NCBI GenBank assembly: GCA_964106915.2
Contig: OZ066922.1
Origin: Podarcis gaigeae
Taxonomy: Eukaryota
Length of the DNA stretch: 64,000 nt
Direction: 5' to 3' (one strand)
Numbering within the stretch: position 1 is the first letter of the stretch; every line of letters starts with the position of its first letter. A program made the translations under genes and the position numbers. Shown piece after piece: positions 47,591-58,802 of the stretch. The notes below the pieces were generated by a model. It was not told where the DNA came from. It worked only from the letters and a program-made list of their open reading frames with translations, and made no database searches.

Positions 47591-50450
47591 GACCAAGTTG
47601 TGGTTCACAGTTCTGCAGCTTAAGATAAGGTACCCAAGAGGTTGACGATTGGAAGTAAGCTTTTAGAATTTAGAAACCAGTGTTTTGTCAAACATGGATG
47701 TGGTAGATAGATGTAGTATCAACAGAAGCAACAGAACCTGGAGAAGATTGGGGCTGAAAGACCAAGGGGGGGGGGAAGTGTAGATACATGGAGGCTACGT
47801 TGTAAGTGGGCGCATGGTGTGACACTCCCGATGGCTACTGTTTACATGGCACAGAACAGAAATTAAAGCTAGTGCCTTCACTTAAAACTTTCATCCTTTT
47901 TGGTGCATTTGTGACTAACTCTTCTCTTAAGTTAAATATTTTTTTAATCTTAGAATGACATTTTAATTCTTAAATGTAGACGACCGTGAGCACTGGAAAA
48001 ACACGGAATCAAAATAGTTTCAGTAGATAAAAACATGGGCGGGGGCAGAAAAAAAACTTAAAATGTATGGGACTAAATATTTGATTACTATTCTCACACC
48101 CTGTTCTTCATTCACTCATTTCAGGGTAGGGTGATGTGTTGTTCTGAGGAGCATGGTGCCTGTTATGTAAATGGCACAATGTGAATCGATGGCTTGGGGT
48201 ATTTTTCTTCTTCTCAATAACAGCAAAGCTCTGCCTGCTATTACTGTCTAGTACGAGTTGTCCTGATGTTATCACCGTGAAAATTGCAGGTGTAGCTTCT
48301 CTCTGCGCTTGTTCCTTGGGCTGGGCTATGTTGAATCTGGGGTGGGGGGTGTGTGTGTGTGTGTGTGTGGAGGGAGGAACACCCAGGTGCATAATGTGGA
48401 AAAGGATATGTGATGTTTGCGTGGATGTTAGCAATAAACGCATTGAGAAGTATGTTAAGAAGCCTTCATTTTGTGTAATGAAAGCCTGGCTTTAGTTTAT
48501 AGGTCTGTTATAAAAGTCACAATAATGCAGAGATTAGTTCCAGTGACTGAGCGGAATGGGCACAGAAGACTGGCTTAGCATAACAATGCCGGCAAGGCAT
48601 TGATCATTTGGTGGCGGCGGCATTGTGCTCAGAATGAAGTGGGGGAGGGAATCCTAATGCTAAGGAGATGCCTGCACATAGTAACACCTGCCATGCTTTT
48701 CCTTTTACATTATTCAGTTGGCCCACTGAAATTAAAAGACCTATCTCACAGCAGACTATGACATTCAGTAAGAGGTGCTTAAAGTGATGTTCAGAACATC
48801 CTGTTTCTGGACACTCCAGAAGACATACATCTACAGGTGAGATCTGTCAGAAAGAAGGGAGTGGTAAAGGAAACCTAAAGCTTTCCTATATATTGTGATC
48901 ACTCTGGCATGTATCCTGCACCAATTACATTGAAATTTCACAGCCTCATCCGAGCCGCATTAGCATTGTTTTACAGCACTGCTGCTCCTTGCTTCACTAA
49001 CTCATATATATTGTTTAACATAGCTGATACTTTTATAGGGGAACCTGCACTTAGTGCATTAGGAGAAGGGAGTTGCAGATCAATTAGGATTTAGGAAAAC
49101 CACCCCGAAAGCATGGGGAGGGGGGTTCAATCCTGGTTGAGTTTGAGAACAATATTGGACAATTAAAAAATTGGCATCTGCTTTATTATTGGAGTCCTCT
49201 TAAGCACAGATAGTAAGCCACTGCCAGAAAAAGGTTTAATGAGGATAAGTACTTATTTTTCTGACTTCTGAGACCCCCTCCAAACGAGAAAACAAATATT
49301 ATTCAGATAGCACTGAATCTGTTTGGGGTGATTTAATACACCTCTTCCAAAGACCTTCCATTTAAATGGCTTGTTTCATATATATTAACTACTAATGCTT
49401 AGCTACTAGGACAGATGCTATGTGACTGTCATGACATTCAGAAAGCTGCTGCCGGGCGTTAAGTACAGTTAAATTATTTCCAGCATCTGGCTCTATAACA
49501 AGTCTCCGACAGGATATTAAATTTTTATTTTTGCTCTCTCTCCGCCCCTTCTGACATTCAGACATCTCATTAATTTTGGCAAAACTATATATCCTGCGTG
49601 CAAACTGGAGAAAGCCGTTAAAGAGGGCAAGTACATTTAGTGCCATGTTATAACTTAACATTATATCTGGAGAACATGTTGTCATTCCCACATGCCTCTG
49701 ACTTAACCTTTAAACTGTCATTGGCAAACAGCTCTGTGGGATGTTATGATGGTAGCAAATGGATATGGATCGCTGTAAAAGGATTGCATTTATTCAATCT
49801 GTCCATGCATCTTTCTAGTTAGGGGATGGGAGGAATTTGCGACCATCTGGAAGTAGCTGTACTAAAACTGTCGTCATCCTTGAGCAATGTCCGTGCTCGC
49901 TGGAGATCATGGGAGTTGTGTTGGAGTCCAACACCATTGGGAGCACACCATATTGGCTACCCTTCACTATCTAGCTTTCCTTCCACAAAATTACAGGGCT
50001 TCCATATTTGTTTCTCTGTGTGGTGAACCAGCTCCACACCATTTATTTATTTTTTAAAAAATAGCATCCACTTCCTCAAAAGAAATTATCCAAGGCCACA
50101 AATTTCTTATTATGGAGACATTGATCTCACACCTTGTTTTGTTTTCCCTACTTTAGTCTAAAATCTTCTACTTCTTTTTCTTTTTACTGCAGTCAACATG
50201 TATCTAAATGCAAAGTCAGTTGTATAGCTCAGTTCATCCACCAGTAGCTATGGATGAGCTTGGTGCAAAACTCAGTCTCCACAATGTGAATTGTGTTTTA
50301 TTTTAAGCAGCTACTAACATAAAGCAACTGGCGATGTTGATATATGTTGGTTTCTGTTTCTATAACTCAGAACAGTTGTGCTGCATCGCTGTGTTTCTTT
50401 AAGAAAGTAGCTCTGAGAGATTCAGTTCTTCCCTCGGTCTGTATATAAAG

Positions 50451-50702
50451 CATGGGTAGGCAAACTAAGGCCCAGGGGCCGGAACAGGCCCAATCACCTT
50501 CTCAATCCAGCCCGCGTACAGTCTGGGAATCAGGGTGTTTTTACATGAGTAGAATGTGTGCTTTTATTTAAAATGCATCTCTGGGTTATTTGTGGGGCAT
50601 AGGAATTCGTTCTTTTCCTTTTTTCAAAATGTAGTCTGTCCCCCGCCAAAGGTCTGAGGGACAGTGGACCGGCCCCCTGCTGAAAAAGTTTGCTGACCCC
50701 TG
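50451..50702. mobile_element. hAT-Charlie MITE (OposCharlie/OC1-like end)
   Basis: CATGGGTAGGCAAACT...AGTTTGCTGACCCCTG with a perfect 8-bp TSD ATATAAAG. A second copy starts at 62924. Confidence 0.92.
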
Positions 50703-51036
50703 ATATAAAGGCACAACCTCACTCTCAGTGTTGTCTTTGTTTCAAGATCATGTGAAATGGCAATTATACAGCCAGTCTGCCACCTGCTGATCTTGCTGTT
50801 GATACCTTGTATATAAATCAAGATAGTTTGTGTACAGTTGATCCTTTACATGCAATAATGTGGATTCCGTTTTACCTACCTTTAAAACAAAACTTTACCA
50901 CAGAAATAGAATTGGGCAGCGGTGGGTAGAGGGAGGGAATGGTTTATCGACAGATTGTCCTTACGATTTATGTCCTACAATTCACCCAGAAGTTACAGGG
51001 CAGGTTACAGCAACACACAACAGGGGAAAATATAAT

Positions 51037-51152
51037 GGGATAGCTCAGTTGGTAGAGCATGACCCCACGTTGTTCAAAAGATCCCTGCATTGCAGGGGGT
51101 TGGCCTAGATGACCTTTGTGTTGCTTTCCAGCTCTATAATTCTATGATTCTA
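51037..51152 (+). mobile_element. tRNA-head/CR1-tail SINE (POM/Squam2-like), internally deleted
   Basis: GGGATAGCTCAGTTGGTAGAGCATGA head joined to the CR1 tail CCTGCATTGCAGGGGGTTGG...ATTCTATGATTCTA. A related SINE with a different tRNA head lies at about 62555-62690. Confidence 0.75.
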
Positions 51153-51496
51153 AGTTTAATGTACTGTGGCCTAGATAAGAGTGGTCAGATACTATATATG
51201 CAACAGCCCAATGTCTGTTTGTCTTAGACTAAGTACCACTGAACTCAACAGGGCTTACTTCTGAGTAGACATGTGTCAATTTGTTTTATTTAAACAATGG
51301 ATATGCTGCTCAACTAAAACCATCTCTAAACAGTGTAGAACAAATACAGCACCAAAGACATAAGAATTGGTTAATACGCTAAAATCAGCATTCAGTGAAA
51401 AGCCTGCTGGAAGAAAATAGTCTTCATCAGCCACCAAAAGTTCAATGGGGAAAGGATCTATCAGACCTCAGCTGGAAGGAAGCTGGACCCACAATA

Positions 51497-52129
51497 AATT
51501 TTAAGAGGCAAAGGACCCCATGACGGTTAAGTCCAGTCAAAGGTGACTATGGGGTCGCAGCGCTTATCTCGCTTTCAGGCCAAGGGAGTCGACGTTTGTC
51601 CACAGACAGCTTTCTGGGTCATGTGGCCAGCATGACTAAACCACTTCTGGTGCAACAAGACACAGTGGCGTAAACCAGAGCGCATGGAAATGCCGTTTAC
51701 CTTCCCACCACAGTGGTACCTATTTACTGGAGAGCCAGTATGGTGTAGTGGTTAAGAGCGGTAGTCTCGTAATCTGGGAAACCGCTCCTCCACATGCAGC
51801 TGCTGGGTGACCTTGGGCCAGTCACACTTCTTTGAAGTCTCTCAGCCCCACTCACCCCACAGAGTGTTTGTTGTGGGGGAGGAAGGGAAAGGAGAATGTT
51901 AGCCGCTTTGAGACTTCTTAAAGGGAGTGAAAGGCGGGATATCAAATCCAAACTCTTCTTCTTCTTCTTCTTATCTCCTTGCACTGGTATGCTTTCAAAC
52001 TGCTAGGTTGGCAGGAGCTAGGACAGAGCAATGGGAGCTCACCCCGTCGCAGGGATTCAAACCGCCGACCTTCTGATCGGCAAGCCCAAGAGGCTCAGTG
52101 GTTTAGACCACAGCGCCAACCGCATCCAA
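51497..52129 (-). mobile_element. Sauria SINE interrupted by a Squam3-type SINE and inserted in an old L2-like fragment
   Basis: The two Sauria halves join seamlessly across 51729-51970. An 11-bp TSD GACCCACAATA lies at 51486-51496 and 52130-52140. Confidence 0.9.
51729..51970 (+). mobile_element. Squam3-type CORE-SINE (B box deleted), nested
   Basis: GGAGAGCCAGTATGGTGTAGTGGTTAAGAGC...(TTC)n, with a short TTA(T)CT duplication at the flanks. Confidence 0.9.
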
Positions 52130-52204
52130 GACCCACAATACTGAACACACAGCTCCTGTGTGTCATGCATCCAAGCCACAAGGAAGCACCAACAGTGACT
52201 CCTC

Positions 52205-52678
52205 CCAAAAAATTGGCACTGGCCATTCGGTTTTTGCCAATCTCATAGCAATAATCACAACTTTGTGTGGCTAAGCATTGAATAAACCATAGTCTTGGCT
52301 GGAGCAGAGGTTGTAGCCTCTGGCTCCCCACTCCCCAGTTAAGGGTGTCTCATTAAAGAGATCCACAAGGAGTGGCTTCTGTCCAATGGCCAGGTGGGGG
52401 CTAGGGCCATATCACTCCTCCAACTGGGACCCATCTGGGTGGGACCCCTATTTGTCCCACCCAGTCCCCCTCCCCTAATATGTGGTTTACCCTTAGATGC
52501 ACTCCCAGCAGTCAGGCTGGAGTGGAACAATTGGCTTCACCCAATGCCTATGCCAAACCACTCACATCTGTAACCAATAAAGTTGTAGCCTATTTGAACC
52601 TCCAAAACTGTATGCTGCTATCTTACCTGTTTCTTCATCATCTATGGAACTGCAGGGTCATGGGGCTTTGACACACAA
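52205..52678 (+). mobile_element. 3' half of another copy of the 43902-44690 family
   Basis: CCAATGCCTATGCCAAACCACTCACATCTGTAACCAATAAAGTTGTAGCC matches the reverse complement of 43984-44035. It also shares CTCATAGCAA..ATCACAACT, GGCTAGGGCC and the terminal CAC(A/G)CAA. Confidence 0.8.
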
Positions 52679-52904
52679 CCAGCTATGAAATGAATGATAC
52701 TGACTGCTCACTGCATTTTACTAGCTTCTTCTAGCTGCTTCTTTGGTTGCTGAATTTTAAGTTTATCAGCTTTTGTTTCCAAAAAAACATGTGTGTACAC
52801 ACACACATCCATTGAAGGCTTTCTGAAGCTTGATGTTGATTGCAAGACTGGAGCAGTCAAGTGATGGAATCAGAACAGAAAAGGTTAAGGAATGCTTAAT
52901 GTAA

Positions 52905-53185
52905 GCATATTTCAAAACCTCAAGCCTTGTAGTGAAATTCACCTTACAGCGTTAGAGCAGCTAGCAGGAAAGGGATTGGCACCACTATTAGCAATTATTT
53001 TTGAGAACTCAGGGATGACAGGTAAGGTCTCTGAGGGCTGCAGCAGGTCAAACTCCATGCCTATTTTTAATAAGAAAGAAAGGGGCGAAAAACAAGGATC
53101 CGGGGATTACATTCAAGTAAGTTTAATTTAACACCTGGCAAATTTTGAGAGTAACTAATAGAGCAGTCAATCAGTAAGCAATGCA
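52905..53185 (+). mobile_element. Ancient CR1 ORF2 (reverse transcriptase N-terminal) fragment
   Basis: EIHLTALEQLA...LLAIIFENSGMTGKVSEG..SNSMPIFNKK...GDYIQVSL corresponds to CR1 IHPRVLKELA..PLSIIFEKSWRTGEVPEDW..ANVVPIFKK...GNYRPVSL. Confidence 0.8.
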
Positions 53186-54034
53186 CCTAGAGGAAAACAA
53201 GATGAACAACAGTAAGACAATGTGACTGGGCTCTGTTGAAGAATGACTGCTGTAATGAATTCTGAAAAGATTTCCTGTGTTTCCAATCAAGTATTTGGGT
53301 ATGGGTGAGACTCTGACTTTGTATAATACTGCGAAGATTTTAAATTAAACATTATTTTGTGCTCGTACCTTTAAGGAAGTAGCTGCATCCAAGGGCACAT
53401 TGATCTGGCCCACAGAAGCAAATCATTACACAGAGATCTGCCGCATTTGCTCTGTTCTTTCTAAGTTTTGCAGCCAATCTAATTTTCATTCCAAATTGCT
53501 CAAGATCAAGGTAGTCCATGGGAGATAATCAGAGAGTGGGTGGAAAGAGCGAGGAAAAAGGGAGGGATAGGCAGAGAGCAGGGAAAAGTGAAGGGGTGCA
53601 TATGATTGATGATGATGGTAGCTGACTAATCATATTAAATAAAGAGGTTATCATATTCACAAAATTCTAAAGTAATAATAATTTGATATCATGAAAATCC
53701 ACAGAAATGCACTTTCCAGCAAACTTGGGGGCAGTTTGGTGCCCAGCCGGGTTGTAGTAAATGTCTCCACCATTCCTAGAAACCACGAAGGGGTGTCCTC
53801 CTTATGTTAGGAAGCTGGCAGGGTGGTTTGGGAGTACAGGATCTCTGGACCAAACCAGCAACACTTCGAATTGTGCCCAAATGGCAACCATTGCCAGGAT
53901 AGTTGTAACATGGTTCCATGAGTGTGTACCAGTTGGCATCCTTCTTATTGCATTATGGACCATGTGCAAGCTTCCAAAGGCGCCTCAAAAGGAGCCACAT
54001 GTAGAGGGTATTGCATTGGTTCAATTTCAGCGTA

Positions 54035-54476
54035 CCATATTTTTCCGTCTATAAAACAATGTGGGGGGACTGAAAGTTCAGAAAATGGGGGGAGATGGCA
54101 AAAAGTTGTTGAGTTTTTTTGGGGGGGGATTGCCCAGAGTTCTTGAGCTTTTCGGGGGGGAGGGATTAGTGAGGGTTGTTGAGCTTTTTTTAGGGGGGAA
54201 TGCCAAAAATTGTTCACCCACATGCGTCACAAAGTCCATCTCCTGTCTGTCCCCTTGCTGGCAGAAGCTGCCAATCGCCCGCACAATTGCCGCAGCGTCG
54301 GCCAATCAATACCACCCATTGATGCAGCAACCAATAACACACACTGAAGCCACTGACAGCCGCTGCAGAAACCAATCAAACGTCCACCCTATGCACTACC
54401 CATGTATGAGACGACCCCCACTTTTTAGCATGATTTTTAATGAGGACAACCTTGTCTTATACATGGAAAAGTACGG
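54035..54476. mobile_element. Tc1/mariner-superfamily MITE with internal tandem repeats of roughly 35 bp
   Basis: TA|CCATATTTTTCCGTCTATAA...TTATACATGGAAAAGTACGG|TA, with internal repeats of GTTGTTGAGCTTTTT.GGGGGG. Confidence 0.8.
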
Positions 54477-54566
54477 TAACTAAGGCATATGTTAAATTTA
54501 TTCAGATCTGATGTTCTGGGCCTAGCTAATAACCACGCCCCTCTCTCCTACAATTAGAGAAGCTTA

Positions 54567-54813
54567 NNNNNNNNNNNNNNNNNNNNNNNNNNNNNNNNNN
54601 NNNNNNNNNNNNNNNNNNNNNNNNNNNNNNNNNNNNNNNNNNNNNNNNNNNNNNNNNNNNNNNNNNNNNNNNNNNNNNNNNNNNNNNNNNNNNNNNNNNN
54701 NNNNNNNNNNNNNNNNNNNNNNNNNNNNNNNNNNNNNNNNNNNNNNNNNNNNNNNNNNNNNNNNNNNNNNNNNNNNNNNNNNNNNNNNNNNNNNNNNNNN
54801 NNNNNNNNNNNNN
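54567..54813. other. Assembly gap (247 N)
   Basis: Run of N. Confidence 1.
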
Positions 54814-55894
54814 AAACTTATATAAATCTAAGTGTATGGACCTTTGTTGCTGATCTTATAATTCTTCTTTCCTCATCACTTTCTTTCCTTTCTAAAAGCA
54901 TGCAAATAAACTTTTTATCTCCCCCAAAATGGTGAATAAAACATCAGTTACGAACCTAGCATAACTAGATTATTTTACTGAGTGTGTTCTTAATCTATTA
55001 ATCTGAAGCAATTTCACTGAAGCAAGCTTTGCTTCTGTGGTGCTGTTGCTGAGCCAGCAGCGGAATGAGACTAACATCTATTGAAGCCTATGAGAAAAAT
55101 CTAATTGCACTGAATGAGAGTCAGATCAAGATCAAGAACGTGTACAGGAAATGCAGCGCATACGCTGTGTATTTGGAATTTAATAAGGTGTCTGCAGTGT
55201 ACATTTAAAGCAATATCATGCCACTTTAAATAGTCGTGGCTACCACAATTTCCAATGTGGTATAGCAATCAATCCATCTTCCCAGGTAATTCTGGGAATC
55301 CTATTTCTCTGAGGGGAATAAGGGTCTCCCAACATCTCTCAGCACCCTTAACAAACTACAGTTCCCAGGATTTGGGGGGGAGGGGCACATGACATTGATA
55401 CTGCTTTATATGTGTATATATAAAGAGAGAGAGAGAGCAGATGAGGCCAAAGTACAAGTGGAATCCAGTTGAGTCATTCAGAAATCTTGTTTGAATTGCC
55501 CATTCCGTAGTCATGCCCCTGTTATTATAAGTGCCATGTTCCAAATTCATTTTAGTATGTATCTACATAATAAATGCCAGAAAGGAGAACCAGACATTCA
55601 AGGACAGATTGGGTTGCATTAATCATAAGGTCATTTTAATGGTTTGCAGGTGGTGATATGAATCCGAGATACATTTTCCCTCTGTTTCCTGTTTATTCTT
55701 TGTTAAAAGTGATGGTTCAGTACAGATAATAAATAGTCTCCTCACCCCCATCCTGAGCTGAAACTGATAGGGCAGAGGCATTATATACCTATTTATCCCA
55801 CTAGTTTTCAGTTTTCATGTTTTGGGGTACCTTGCGAAATTCTGCTCTAGTGAGCATTTGGGGGATTGCCACCATGTAGTGTTACTGACTAAAC

Positions 55895-56418
55895 TTGAGT
55901 CAGTGGAGTGTTGCAGCAACAAAAAAGGCTAAGGCAATTCTGTGTATTGTCAACAGATGTATAGTATCCAGATTGCGAGAAGCAATGGTACCGTTCTTTC
56001 CGCCTTTGACAGACGTCACCTACAGTAATGTGACCTGTTCTGAGCACCACAAACCATGTCAGAGGGCAAAGGATGTTCATGGGCCTACAGATTGTTCTGT
56101 GAGGAAGGTTGAAGGAGTTGTGTAGCCTGAGGGGAAGACTATGGAAAGTGCTATGAAAGAGAGCCTTCTTAATAGGTGTTGTTCCAGAGGGTAGAACCTG
56201 AATTCAGTAGGTTCAAATGAAAACAAAAGGGATTCAGACTAAACACTAGGAAGACGTCCCTGCCAATGTGAGCTGTTTGCCAGTGGTACACATTGCCAAG
56301 AAAAATGGTAGAATATCCTTGTTAAGGTTTTTAAGCAGTTTTTAAGCTATCAAGGATGCTGCAGTAGATGGGTTTCCTGCATTGGCAGCGGGTGGACTAG
56401 ATATCTTTTGAGGTTCTT
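55895..56418 (+). mobile_element. Old CR1 LINE 3' fragment
   Basis: SQWSVAATKKAKAILCIVNRCIVSRLREAMVPF corresponds to CR1 ORF2 QC..AAKKAN.ILGCI.R...SRSREVI.PL. It ends with the CR1 tail CCTGCATTGGCAGCGGGTGGACTAGAT. Confidence 0.82.
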
Positions 56419-56427
56419 GTTTTCACC

Positions 56428-56973
56428 TGTAAGTGATGTGCCCATTGATGAATCAATATATTGGCCTTAAGGTATGACGTTAACATATGAGAGAGCGCTG
56501 GAGGTGAAATAGTTAAACAGGTTGCCCAGTCAGGACCCAGGGGGCTGGAGTCAGTGGGACTATAAAACCAGCTCTGGGAGGGGCAAAAGGGGGAGTTCAT
56601 TGGGAATTGGGTGGTTGGTTGGGGTTGGAGTGAATTGGGTAGAGTTGTGGGTAGGTTCAGTTGGTGTAACGAAATAGACTGAGTCAGGAACAGTTAGGGG
56701 CTAGGCAGACAAGTAAATATCAGAGAGGTGGTTTAGTGAGTGAGAGCAGGTAGCGAAAGTTATAGGTTTGGATAGGCACCCCATTAATGTAATTGACTGA
56801 TACTGTTTATGAAACTACACGCTTGTTAAACTGCAATAAATAAACAAAAGTTTATGTTTCAATTTAACCCTGACTGGACTCAGTATTGTCTCAGGTAGGG
56901 CAGTGAGAAATAAAGTGGTGGCACAGGCATCAATAGACAGTGAAACGTCCAGGGACCCTGTGCGATCGCCACA
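56428..56973 (+). mobile_element. Solo-LTR-like element
   Basis: TATAAAA at 56561, a GT-rich transcribed-like region, AATAAA at 56835 and an end in GATCGCCACA. The left end and TSD are not resolved. Confidence 0.55.
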
Positions 56974-58525
56974 GAAGGTTTTATACAGTTTTGTACATAT
57001 TTTGCATTCTTGTTGCAGATAGGATTTTGGTGTTTTTTTACATACACAGTCATAGTTTTTATGGGAATTTTTTGGATGGGGCTAGTTTGGGGCCTGGTAC
57101 CCACAAGGCCATGATTTATAAATAGCTGAATAGTGTGACATAAATCTTAGAACTTCAGCTGAGAATAAAGCGTAGCTATTCTAAGAAGCAGTCATTGTTT
57201 CCCCTTGTGATCAAAAGCTAATTCCAAATACATCTGAATCCTCTAGTGCCTATACATTTATATTCAATCATAGGGGCTTAACATGATTTTGATTCAATAT
57301 TCTAGGGTGCCCCCAATCTACATCTTAAACTGAAGGCCTTTAGCAGTAGCTTACGTAGATGTTTCTAATGTGCCAGTGAAATTAAAATTCCACACACTTA
57401 TATTCAGTTAACATAGTGTGTCTCATGCTTTCATATTTCACAAAATGGCAAAGCCCACTGGTGGCCAATCATACTTGAAGCTTCATCAATATTAACCCCA
57501 AATCCTGCATCTTTGAAGATATATTTGACATTATAATTTTAAAGATTGAGCTTAGGTTCTGCCAAGGATTACCTCATTATTAAAACACATGCTATCTCTG
57601 TGATTCCTTCTGTCACTGAGAATCAATACATTTCAAATGACTTTTTTTTCTAATATCATTGGAATTATTCCTTATTTCATACACAATTAAGCAAACAAAC
57701 AAAAAGCAATCCAAAAGATTATTTAATTAGTGTGTAATTTGCTTTGGCATATGCAAATCTCATTTGTTTTGGCATTATCAAATCTCAGTAATTTACTTAC
57801 AGCTCCCTCCTTTGGTGAGGAAAGCTCATCCGCTTGAACAGCTTTCTATGCTGGAGCTGCAAATAAATATAGACTTGTAGCAAGTATCCCAGTGGTGGGT
57901 GGGTAATGCTTGCATCTACCCAGTAATATAAATCCAAAGAGGCAGCACATTCTTTACATTTACTGAAAACCAGCAAATCCAGATTCTGACGCTCCTCTTA
58001 GATGCAAGTCCCCCTTCTGTCTCCCAAGAATCAGGTTCTCTCAAGTTGGAATTCATAGAATCATAGAGTTGGAAGAGACCACAAGGGCCATCGAGTCCAA
58101 CCCCCTGCAAAGCAGGAAACAAATTGTTGAAGGCAAAGTTAGTTTCTCACAGAGAATACAGATGGTAGCCCAGTTAGGTAATTCTAGATTCTGGACTTAA
58201 TAATGGTTCTTTAGATGGTGGCATGTATTTCTTCACTTCAAAATGTGCAAGGCCAACCCCTTTCCATTTGGCTATCTGGTTCATTCTGCTGACTTCCAGC
58301 CCCAAAGTCTTGCCCTCATAACACCACTGGATGCAGAAGCAGAATCACTTTCTTGCCCACGCCAATGAGCAAGCCTGACCAGGGAATATCACATGACCCA
58401 CTCTTAAACGGATGGTTTCATGCCATTCCTTCCATTGCAGAATGGAATGATGGTACACAGGATAAAATCTTTCCTGGCATCGCCTGCTTCAGACTCCAGT
58501 CTGGAGATACATTCAAAGAGGCCAA

Positions 58526-58802
58526 AGAAGAAGAAGAGGAGGAGGAGGAGGAGGAGGAGGAGGAGTAGTTTGGATTTGATATACTGCTTTATCACTACCC
58601 GAAGGAGTCTCAAAGCGGCTAACATTCTCCTTTCCCTTCCTCCCCCACAACAAACACTCTGTGAGGTGAGTGAGGCTGAGAGACTTCAAGAAGTGTGACT
58701 AGCCCAAGGTCACCCAGCAGCTGCATGTGGAGGAGTGAGGAAGTGAACCCGGTTCACCAGATTACGAGACTACCGCTCTTAACCACTACACCACACTGGC
58801 TC
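58526..58802 (-). mobile_element. Squam3-type CORE-SINE whose tail has expanded as (GAG)n
   Basis: Reverse complement of the element at 1134-1405; the tail reads (GAA)3 then (GAG)n on the + strand. Confidence 0.9.
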
